Shown piece by piece: positions 1 through 7,074 of a stretch of DNA of 10,106 bases. Every line of letters starts with the position of its first letter. Within the stretch, counting starts at the first letter, position 1. Source of the DNA: Candidatus Thorarchaeota archaeon (lineage in GTDB: Archaea; Asgardarchaeota; Thorarchaeia; Thorarchaeales; Thorarchaeaceae); the NCBI GenBank assembly GCA_011364985.1, contig RDOC01000018.1, positions 1 to 10,106 on the forward strand, written 5' to 3'. The notes below the pieces were generated by a model, which saw only the letters and a program-made list of their open reading frames with translations, did no database searches and was not told the origin of the DNA. The translations under genes and the position numbers were made by a program.

Positions 1-1
1 G

Positions 2-391
2 CAGCTTGCGGATTACACGAAAGAGGGACTTGAAAACCTCCATTCAAACGGAGTGAAGCTGGCCATAGCATCCAACAGGTTTGGAGATCCATCTCGCTTT
101 CTCCAAGAGGAGGGGATAATACATTACTTCAGTGCAGTCGAATATACTGCGGTCCCTGGTTATAGAAAACCATCGCCATATATGTTACTGAGAGCAGCTG
201 CAGACCTGAAGATGAATCCAATAAAATGTGCCTACGTGGGCAACATGGTACACTGTGATGTGGCGGCTGCGATGAGAGCACAAATGCAACCAATACTCCT
301 CACTTGGTGCAACCCGGAAGAGGAGGCCAAAGCTCCAAGAGAGACAACGATAATCGAGGACATAAGAAGTGTTATGGATGTACTGGAATGA
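2..391 (+). CDS. HAD-superfamily hydrolase (phosphoglycolate-phosphatase-like), 5'-truncated by the window edge
   Basis: The frame is open from nt 2 (QLADYTKEGLENLHSNGVKLAIASN...). It shows HAD motif II (LAIASN), motif III (RKPSP) and a motif IV-like YVGNMVHCD. Motif I would lie upstream of the window. Confidence 0.85.
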   Translation, partial: QLADYTKEGLENLHSNGVKLAIASNRFGDPSRFLQEEGIIHYFSAVEYTAVPGYRKPSPYMLLRAAADLKMNPIKCAYVGNMVHCDVAAAMRAQMQPILLTWCNPEEEAKAPRETTIIEDIRSVMDVLE

Positions 392-698
392 GACCAGAGA
401 AGAAAAGAAGAATTGAAGACAATGACAAATCAATCCCCGAATTGATGAGAGTGGGAGAGATCTTCTTCTACCAATTTCATAGGCATAGTTCTGTGAGAGA
501 ATGCTGAATTTACCCATTATCGATCCATCTATTATCAAGCATGAACGGACCGATTCCGAGTGCCTTTACCTAGAGAGAATGAAATCGGAATGAACAGGAG
601 GAGACGCCGAACGCTGTAAGGTGATTCACTGCTATAAGACGGGGAAGAGCAGTCATTGCTGTCCGCACACTATTCAGATTCGAAGTGGAGGAACAGTG

Positions 699-1478
699 TT
701 AAATCCATATCGAAGTCAAGGGTTGAGTGTCCTTCGCGGCCCAGACAAATGTGTAGCCTGCTGCATAGTCTAGCCGCTCTCCTCTATCATAAGTAGCCCT
801 AAGCGCATCGAGACCTGCTTGGAAATCATGTTCTGAAATCCCATGTAGCATGGAATATCCCCTCCTCGAAATTGTGTTGAGGTATTCTTCACCAAGGATT
901 GTTGGAGAGAACCGACAGGAACGTGACCAGACAGCGCGAAATCCTATGTTCAGTAGAGTTGCTTCGATGTACGCAATGCTAGGATATCGAGCCTTGTCGA
1001 TTGCTACTGTGGCTGGAAAGAAGCGGGAAGTCACTCTCTCTTCGATTTGCTTATGTGATTGGGTCACTATGCACAGGCGACCTCTATCGCGAAGTATCCG
1101 ATGGATCTCAGCCAACGCTATTTCCGTATCTTGGAGATGATGGATGACTTCTGTCATGAAAACCATGTCGAAGGTATCTTCTAGAAACGGAAGTGATTCT
1201 GCGGCTGCCTGCGTGAACTGAACTTCGGGAACCTTCGAAACAGCCTTCCTTAACATCCCTATGGAGGGATCAATTCCATGCACTTGTGCCTTTGCTGCCT
1301 TTTCAAAAAGAAAGGTGTTGTTACCTGTGCCACAGCCAACATCGAGAACCAATGTGCCTGGAACAATCTTCTTGTCTTGAAGAAGGTGATAGACCATCTC
1401 TGGCTCTCCAGTACGGACTTCATCATAGATATTTGAGATACTGTTGTAATCTGCCGTGTTATGAGGCAATTGATCCAC
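699..1478 (-). CDS. Class I SAM-dependent methyltransferase (Methyltransf_11/UbiE-like), substrate unknown
   Basis: Motif I VLDVGCGTG, then GIDPSIGML, AESLPF..TFDMV, VIHHL and EIHRILRDRG. GTG start; exact start uncertain. Confidence 0.92.
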   Translation of the reverse strand: MDQLPHNTADYNSISNIYDEVRTGEPEMVYHLLQDKKIVPGTLVLDVGCGTGNNTFLFEKAAKAQVHGIDPSIGMLRKAVSKVPEVQFTQAAAESLPFLEDTFDMVFMTEVIHHLQDTEIALAEIHRILRDRGRLCIVTQSHKQIEERVTSRFFPATVAIDKARYPSIAYIEATLLNIGFRAVWSRSCRFSPTILGEEYLNTISRRGYSMLHGISEHDFQAGLDALRATYDRGERLDYAAGYTFVWAAKDTQPLTSIWI

Positions 1479-1530
1479 ATAGAACTGACATGATGCCGAC
1501 CCATTTCAAGGTCGTGGTTTCTTGTTCGAA

Positions 1531-1546
1531 TCAAAAAGGATTAATC
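1531..1546 (+). promoter_or_regulatory. Candidate archaeal BRE/TATA element in the divergent methyltransferase-mscS intergenic region
   Basis: TCAAAAAGGATTAATC: a purine-rich run followed by an AT-rich TTAAT core, about 50 nt upstream of the mscS TTG. Confidence 0.35.
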
Positions 1547-1595
1547 TCTTCTAGAATCTGTCCTAGGTCAATCTCTGTGGAGGCTCAACATTCGA

Positions 1596-2516
1596 TTGCA
1601 GAACTGGTGGGATTGGATTGTCGATTGGTGGAACTCGGTTCTAGCCTATTTTGCTAGTGTTCTTGGTCCGTTTTCGGCACAGGACTACTTGGTCGGAATA
1701 ATCATCATTCCCGCCTTCATTCTGTTGTACTTCCTCTATCTAGTTACCATCAGGTCGATCAAGATTGGATTCAAGCGCGTAGGAATGCCTAGAGAGGCAA
1801 CAGGAGGTGTCGTGTTTGGTGTGCGCCTTGTCTTCTTCTTTCTTGCCTTCCTAGCGATTCTTGCACTGGCAGGAGAGGTCCTACAGACTTACGCCATCAC
1901 AGTAGGTGCACTCTTTGGAACTGCAATTGGATTCGCCTTCTCAAAGGCGCTATCCAATATGGTCAGTGGGCTCTATGTTCTGGCAGCAAGACCATTTCGG
2001 GTGGGTGATTATATCAGAATAGGGGACTCTGAGGGAATTGTACTCGAAATAACTCTGAACTACACGCGAATTCTGAGACCGGACCACACAAGGCAGTATC
2101 TCCCAAATGTGACCATGGTGGACTCCCGTCTGACCAACTTCCGCGTGCGAATTGACGACTATCTATCGGAACGCGGCATAGAATACCATCATGAGGACGA
2201 TGACGACAAAGACAGCAGGATTGAGAACGCCCTTGAGAAAATCAAGAATCTCACAAGGGGAGATGAGGTCTTCAGATACACCTTTGACGTAGAGATTGCC
2301 AGAGAGTGCTCTAGATCGAAGATAGAACGAATCTTCCACGAGGTATGTAAGAATTGGAATGAGAAGTTTATTCAGGAACCTGAGTTCATCTTCTGGAATA
2401 GCACAGCCACTACAATCACTTACAGATTTGCCTTCATGGTAATTGAACCCAAAGATATCATGACCTTGGGAACAGACTTTAGGTCAGAAGTGTCATCTTA
2501 CCCCAGCACAAGCTAA
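1596..2516 (+). CDS. mscS: Small-conductance mechanosensitive channel (MscS family)
   Basis: Three hydrophobic N-terminal helices; TM3-like GTAIGFAFSKALSNMVSG; signature PFRVGDYIRIG..EGIVLEITLNYTRI...YLPN; C-terminal alpha/beta domain. TTG start. Confidence 0.9.
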   Translation: MQNWWDWIVDWWNSVLAYFASVLGPFSAQDYLVGIIIIPAFILLYFLYLVTIRSIKIGFKRVGMPREATGGVVFGVRLVFFFLAFLAILALAGEVLQTYAITVGALFGTAIGFAFSKALSNMVSGLYVLAARPFRVGDYIRIGDSEGIVLEITLNYTRILRPDHTRQYLPNVTMVDSRLTNFRVRIDDYLSERGIEYHHEDDDDKDSRIENALEKIKNLTRGDEVFRYTFDVEIARECSRSKIERIFHEVCKNWNEKFIQEPEFIFWNSTATTITYRFAFMVIEPKDIMTLGTDFRSEVSSYPSTS

Positions 2517-2544
2517 CGCAGGTCCATAAGAAGAAGAGAATGAT

Positions 2545-2670
2545 TGTTTGGGGTGTTGGTTACAATGAATTGAATAGCTGAATCGTTGGCCAGATATTCA
2601 CCACCACATTGTATATTGCCCTCAATGTGGCAGGCGACTTCGGACAGATCGTTGCAAGAATATTCCTTGA
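2545..2670 (+). pseudogene. Possible decayed CPxCG zinc-ribbon microprotein
   Basis: One frame reads CLGC (2545-2556), 20 codons, then CPQCGRRL (from 2617), with stops at 2566 and 2575 and no in-frame start. Confidence 0.25.
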
Positions 2671-2682
2671 ATAGACGTAAGT

Positions 2683-2724
2683 CAAGAGAAAAGAACAAAG
2701 ATTAGCGGGCCCCAGATGGGGCCC
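2683..2724 (-). terminator. Hairpin plus T-rich tract downstream of the HxlR-type gene
   Basis: Perfect GC stem GGGCCCC-AGAT-GGGGCCC at 2707-2724, 26 nt after the HxlR stop. On the minus strand it is followed by GCTAATCTTTGTTCTTTTCTCTT. Confidence 0.5.
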
Positions 2725-2750
2725 AGTCCACGATATGTAGGAAGGAGAGG

Positions 2751-3134
2751 TTAGCAGGCCGATACATTGCTTTCTATGTCATCAGTGCCATTGGATGTGA
2801 GCTCAGCCCAATGCCGGATTTGAAGAATGTGCCTGTATATCTCCCGACCAACATGGGTCAGGCTATATCCTGCTTCAGAAGGAGATTCTTCGTGTTCAGT
2901 CCTCTGTACAAGACCGAGCGTAGCAAGCTCTGTGAGGCATTTTGTGAGTGTGGATTCGCTGGCTGCCTTTGTGCCGCTCGAGTCTATGATTCGTCGTATC
3001 TCGCGGACACCAGCATTGTGAGCCCGCTCGCCGAGGGCAAGAATAAGAGAAACTGCACATGGTCGCCCTAGATGAGAGAAAATCTCTTCTAGGGGGTCTT
3101 TCAGAATTGGATTAGATGATTTGCTCGCTGTCAT
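2751..3134 (-). CDS. Winged-helix transcriptional regulator, HxlR/DUF24 family
   Basis: SESTLTKCLTELATLGLVQR..EESPSEAGYSLTHVGREI..I..WA matches the HxlR pattern S..MLT..LRELE..GLV.R....VPP.VEYSLT..G..L....W. Length 127 aa. Confidence 0.85.
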   Translation of the reverse strand: MTASKSSNPILKDPLEEIFSHLGRPCAVSLILALGERAHNAGVREIRRIIDSSGTKAASESTLTKCLTELATLGLVQRTEHEESPSEAGYSLTHVGREIYRHILQIRHWAELTSNGTDDIESNVSAC

Positions 3135-3605
3135 CGTTCTATTTCGCCTAAGTTACCAAATTCCTCCTGCACGAATAGTTATATTATTTCACATTGTCGA
3201 TTTGCTGGATTCTAACCGAGCTAGAAGTCATTTCTCGTATTACCATTTCAAAACCCAGTTCCAGAAGAGTCGAACCTTCCCAAGAAGTAGTAGTTAGGGT
3301 TAGCATATAGAGCACCTTGAAGATCGCTTCCACAGCTCTGCCAGTTACGGGTGGATTCTCTAGGACAGTCTAATAGTCTTCCTCAAGAGAAGACCTCTGA
3401 ACCCATTCTGTAATAGCACACGCTGATGGCACGGAAGCAAGCGAGCTGGCTGAGAAACAAGACACGATACTCAAAGTGATTGAACTTCTGATGGAGTGTC
3501 AAATCATCGTTCCTAGCTGTTCTGGCGATGACGCTAATCTCGCGGATATGGCTGCAAAGCTATTCCTGCAAATACTAAAGTCACAATAAGCAGTCCACAC
3601 ATTTG

Positions 3606-4055
3606 CTAGAGGTAGGTCGTTCCAGCCTTCCTAGATTTACTGCGTGAGAGTATTCCAGCCCAGTTCCGAACTTGACTGAAGTGCCCCACTGCATGGAAGA
3701 GATTTTGACGAATAGCGCCCCCAATTGTCGTTGTTTCACCCCATTGAAAAACGAAGGGGGCTTCGAGGTCTGCATCTGAGAAGTCCTGTATGGCAGAAAC
3801 CATTCGGTCTATTGCTTTATGCAGATCTTTGGCAGGATTGTCTGTAGATCGAAATCGAGCAGGGTCATTGAGGAACCAATTCCCGGCATCTTCGAAGATT
3901 GCCTGCACGGCATGAAGGAAGGTCTCCTTGACGCTGTATTCATTGGAGTTTATCCGATAGTCCCATGCGTCCGCCTTGTCGATAACTTCTATTGTCTGAA
4001 GACCATGATGACGAAGGTAGTCCCACAGCTCAAGATAAACATCAATCTTGCTCAT
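3606..4055 (-). CDS. DinB/YfiT-like four-helix-bundle protein (putative metal-dependent enzyme)
   Basis: 149 aa; SVKETFLH gives the first His and LFHAVGHFSQV gives HxxxHxxQ, matching the DinB-superfamily His triad. Confidence 0.8.
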   Translation of the reverse strand: MSKIDVYLELWDYLRHHGLQTIEVIDKADAWDYRINSNEYSVKETFLHAVQAIFEDAGNWFLNDPARFRSTDNPAKDLHKAIDRMVSAIQDFSDADLEAPFVFQWGETTTIGGAIRQNLFHAVGHFSQVRNWAGILSRSKSRKAGTTYL

Positions 4056-4283
4056 CAGCAGCTCAATCCCTGAATCGAGACCTAGTGAGTTCTGGATGGG
4101 CTATTATCTATTTTGAATTATTCTGGGATTCGAATGATGCAAGCCGGACCCCTCTTTCCTCTGCAGGCACTGTCGAACAACAAGACATCCTCTGGTTTAT
4201 AATCCACCACCATTGCTGATCCCATTTGTAATCAGAGCCTCTGTATACCTGACTCTAGACTCTTTCTTTCAGTTCTAACTGCT

Positions 4284-4526
4284 CTATATCTTGGTGCGCT
4301 CGTAAGACTCCCATGCATCGGCTGCTTTCTCAGCGTCTCTTGAACGAAGCTCCGAGAGCACATAGCTGCGTATCTCCTTGCTTTCAATAGCACGCTCAGA
4401 TCTTTTCGAGAGGGAACTGGCAATCTCCTTGGCAGTTTCATAGGGAGCGCCACTTCTCACCGCACTCACAACTACTTTCTCAGGCATGAAAATCTCAGTC
4501 GAACCATCTCTCTTCCTGACTTCCAT
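4284..4526 (-). CDS. Standalone ATP-cone domain protein
   Basis: MEVRKRDGSTEIFMPEKV matches the ATP-cone signature VxKRDG..E.F...KI, and IESKEIRSYVLSEL matches the distal helix. The ORF ends right after the domain (80 aa). Alternative ATG at 4532. Confidence 0.88.
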   Translation of the reverse strand: MEVRKRDGSTEIFMPEKVVVSAVRSGAPYETAKEIASSLSKRSERAIESKEIRSYVLSELRSRDAEKAADAWESYERTKI

Positions 4527-4551
4527 ATGCATCCTTACTCTTCATTTCGTT

Positions 4552-4573
4552 CGGGACTCAACAAAACGTCCCG
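4552..4573. promoter_or_regulatory. Inverted repeat in the divergent ATP-cone/LLM intergenic region (candidate operator)
   Basis: CGGGAC-N10-GTCCCG at 4552-4573. Confidence 0.3.
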
Positions 4574-4655
4574 TTAATGTATGCATAATTCTCAAATAAG
4601 GAATTGGATAAAGTGTTACGAAGAATCTAAAGGCTTAACCGAATTAAGTTTATTC

Positions 4656-5465
4656 ATGAAGTGTGGCATCAGCATTGCCAATTTTGGCGTTTCATCGAAA
4701 CCACAGGATTACGCCAAGCTGGCAAGAATGGCTGAAGACTCAGGTTGGGATGGATTCTTTCTCTGGGACCATATCAATTTCGGTCGAAGAAAGAATATAA
4801 TGGATCCATGGATTCTACTGGCAGCCATTGGCCTAAACACCGAGAAAATCAGAATTGGCACCATTATCACGCCACTTCCGCGTAGGAGACCCCAGAAGGT
4901 CGCATGTGAAGTGGTCACAATTGACAACCTATCTGAAGGGCGAATGACTCTTGGTGTTGGTCTTGGTGGACCCAAAAAGGAGTTTACAACATTCGGAGAG
5001 AACTATGATGTACGCATCCTCGCCCAGAAATTGGATGAAGCACTTGAAATCCTTCAGGGAATTTGGACTGGAGAAACCTATTCCTTTATGGGAGAACACT
5101 ACACGATAAAGGAATTTAAGCTCCGCCCCACTCCGGTCCAGAAGCCGCGAGTGCCAATATGGGTTGCCGGGACTTGGCCAAAGAAACGGCCCTTCCGAAG
5201 AGCTGCTCGATATGAAGGAGTCGTCCCAATCGGCGCAAGAAACCCAACAGAGTTTGCGAAGATGAAGCAATATGTTGAGAAACACAGGATAAGAAAAGGA
5301 AAGTATGATTGGGTCTGTTCTCTCACATTTCCCTCGGCGACCAAGAGAAAAGAGCTGCTTCCCGAGTTTGAAGCTGCAGGAGCGACATGGTACATTGAGT
5401 CGTGGGGTCTCGTTCCTTTCGAAACACAGATGAAAAGAATGAATAGAGGGCCTCCATCGGTCTAG
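4656..5465 (+). CDS. Luciferase-like monooxygenase (LLM) class flavin- or F420-dependent oxidoreductase
   Basis: AEDSGWDGFFLWDH, DPWILLAAI..TEKIRIGT, IDNLSEGRMTLGVGLG, P.PVQKPRVPIWVAG. I moved the start from 4581 to the ATG at 4656 because LLM proteins typically begin MKxG. Confidence 0.92.
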   Translation: MKCGISIANFGVSSKPQDYAKLARMAEDSGWDGFFLWDHINFGRRKNIMDPWILLAAIGLNTEKIRIGTIITPLPRRRPQKVACEVVTIDNLSEGRMTLGVGLGGPKKEFTTFGENYDVRILAQKLDEALEILQGIWTGETYSFMGEHYTIKEFKLRPTPVQKPRVPIWVAGTWPKKRPFRRAARYEGVVPIGARNPTEFAKMKQYVEKHRIRKGKYDWVCSLTFPSATKRKELLPEFEAAGATWYIESWGLVPFETQMKRMNRGPPSV

Positions 5466-5490
5466 TATAGCGTTCTATGGAGGAAAGAAC

Positions 5491-5925
5491 TTGATTGAAA
5501 TTGGATCCGCAGTTAGAGAGAACCGCTCAATCTTTACAGCGGCCATCATCCAACTTTGCCATGGTCTAGTAGAACTCATAGACTCAACAGCAATTGTTCT
5601 GATTACCATAGGGTTGCTACCGAATCTCTATCTCCCATTTGTAACCGGAAATGTAGAGATATATGCAATGCTAGAAAACATGCCAGTGGTTTTCATTCCC
5701 ATATTTTGGTGTTTCACCACTCTAAGACTGGTGTCAGCATATTGGATTTTTGGGAACAAGATCAAAGGGTTCTGGTTGGCTATCTTTGTATCAGGGGTGA
5801 CTCTGCTCGCTGCCTTCTTCCTGTTACCTTTCGGCGCTTTTGATATGGTGCCAACTTTACCAGTAGTTGTCCTGCTTTTCAATGGCTACTTTAGGGATAG
5901 AAAAATCGTAGAAGAAGAGGATTGA
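5491..5925 (+). CDS. Hypothetical membrane protein (about 4 TM helices)
   Basis: 144-aa hydrophobic ORF with GGAGG at 5479-5483 before a TTG start. It begins 25 nt after the LLM gene, so co-transcription is likely. Confidence 0.75.
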   Translation: MIEIGSAVRENRSIFTAAIIQLCHGLVELIDSTAIVLITIGLLPNLYLPFVTGNVEIYAMLENMPVVFIPIFWCFTTLRLVSAYWIFGNKIKGFWLAIFVSGVTLLAAFFLLPFGAFDMVPTLPVVVLLFNGYFRDRKIVEEED

Positions 5926-6004
5926 TTCAAAACGTGTCTTGTTGCACACTTACCCAACGAATATGTAATATATTACCCGATCGATTCATTCAGATTAGAG
6001 ATAC

Positions 6005-6198
6005 CCAAGCGACAAGAGATGGCTTCTTCTCAAGTCACAGAGAAGAATAGAGAATACTGGGACTCCAAAGCGAAGAAACATATTGCTGAGGTGAATCGCC
6101 TATTTCAGTTTATGACCAAGGAGGAAGTGGATCGGTTATACAGCATAAGCAGGAAGTTGCTTGAAGATACCACCGGAACCTATGAAGAGATGAGATAA
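6005..6198 (+). pseudogene. Probable frameshifted C-terminal remnant of a MarR-family regulator (alternatively a 59-aa ORF at 6019-6198)
   Basis: Frame 2 PSDKRWLLLK (6005-6034) joins frame 1 VTEKNREYW...HIAEVNRLFQFMTKEEVDRLYSISRKLL, resembling the MarR pattern DRR..L..LTEKG........LF..L..EE...L..LL.KL. Confidence 0.45.
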
Positions 6199-6342
6199 GT
6201 CTGTATGGCGAGATGATTTGAATCAGAATCGTCATATCGGCATCTCGTGGACGCCTATTAAGGTAATCAACTATGATTAAGCTCTTTCATAGATGGACCT
6301 ATAAGCCCCGTAGTAACCTTTCGCTATCATCGCGGGTATCAA

Positions 6343-7047
6343 GTGGGCAGCTTGGTGGTCAATGCCATGCAAGAAGCGGATATTGAAGGCCTTGAGAAGG
6401 AGAGGGTCATCGACCGGTGTAAGAAAACCATGGCAAGTGCAGTAGCATACATCATTCCACTGCTTATGTCCACCCCAACGGTTTATGCAGGATTGATGAC
6501 ACTACCACTTCTAACATACATTGGCATCGTTGTCGGTGGTCTGCCAGCTTCTGAAGAAGCAGTCTTCTATCTTCTCTTTGAAGGAAACCTGCTTGAAACT
6601 GTCGTGCTACTGCTGGGTATGGCATTCTTCCTATATTCAGTAGTCTTCCTCTGGCGCAAGAAGTCGAAAGGACTGGTGACATCGGGACCCTATCTTGTAG
6701 TCAGACACCCTCAGTACCTAAGCCTGATAATATTCACGTCTGCACTGACAAGCAGAAGCGTTTGGTTGCTTCTGAACACCGATGGCATTGGCATTCTTGA
6801 ACCAAGAGAAACAGTCGCTGCGTGGTTCCTAATGGTGTTCGTGTACATGGGGCTCGCACTCTTTGAGGAGAGTCATCTAGCCAGTCTATATCAGGAGGAA
6901 TGGAGAGAGTATCGTAGGCAAGTTGGATTGCTTCTGCCTCTTGTCAGCTCCCGACGAAGGTGGCTGGAAATAGCAGCTTCTATTGTCGTTCTTGGCGGAT
7001 TCATGTTAGGTTTACTTCTTTCTAGTGAATCTATTTGGTTGTTATGA
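6343..7047 (+). CDS. Isoprenylcysteine carboxyl methyltransferase / PEMT-like (Ste14 family) membrane methyltransferase
   Basis: LVTSGPYLVVRHPQY and FEESHL...YQEEWREYRRQV are the family motifs; several TM helices. The start may be the ATG at 6367. Confidence 0.85.
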   Translation: MGSLVVNAMQEADIEGLEKERVIDRCKKTMASAVAYIIPLLMSTPTVYAGLMTLPLLTYIGIVVGGLPASEEAVFYLLFEGNLLETVVLLLGMAFFLYSVVFLWRKKSKGLVTSGPYLVVRHPQYLSLIIFTSALTSRSVWLLLNTDGIGILEPRETVAAWFLMVFVYMGLALFEESHLASLYQEEWREYRRQVGLLLPLVSSRRRWLEIAASIVVLGGFMLGLLLSSESIWLL

Positions 7048-7074
7048 GATTGCAGACAAGTGTTGCCATGGGCA

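Noticed and set aside
388-507. 39-aa ORF overlapping the HAD stop by ATGA
   Set aside because: No recognisable motif, and ATGA overlaps arise easily by chance. Cannot be supported.
2184-2213. YHHEDDDDKD resembles a FLAG/enterokinase or His tag
   Set aside because: It is not the DYKDDDDK tag, it is internal to a natural ORF, and no vector sequence is nearby.
4090-4230. Tiny minus-strand ORFs between the ATP-cone and DinB genes (MGSAMVVDYKPEDV..., MSCCSTVP...)
   Set aside because: They are 26-35 aa, overlap each other and carry no motif.
4581-4655. 25-aa N-terminal extension of the LLM ORF in the ORF track
   Set aside because: It covers AT-rich promoter-like DNA, and family resemblance begins at the ATG at 4656.
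5923-6198. The TGA ending 5491-5925 is followed in frame by 90 open codons, suggesting selenocysteine or readthrough
   Set aside because: The context (EEED*FKT) is not a redox motif, the 6209-6247 hairpin lacks the 3' GA of a SECIS core, and the MarR-like remnant explains most of the open frame.
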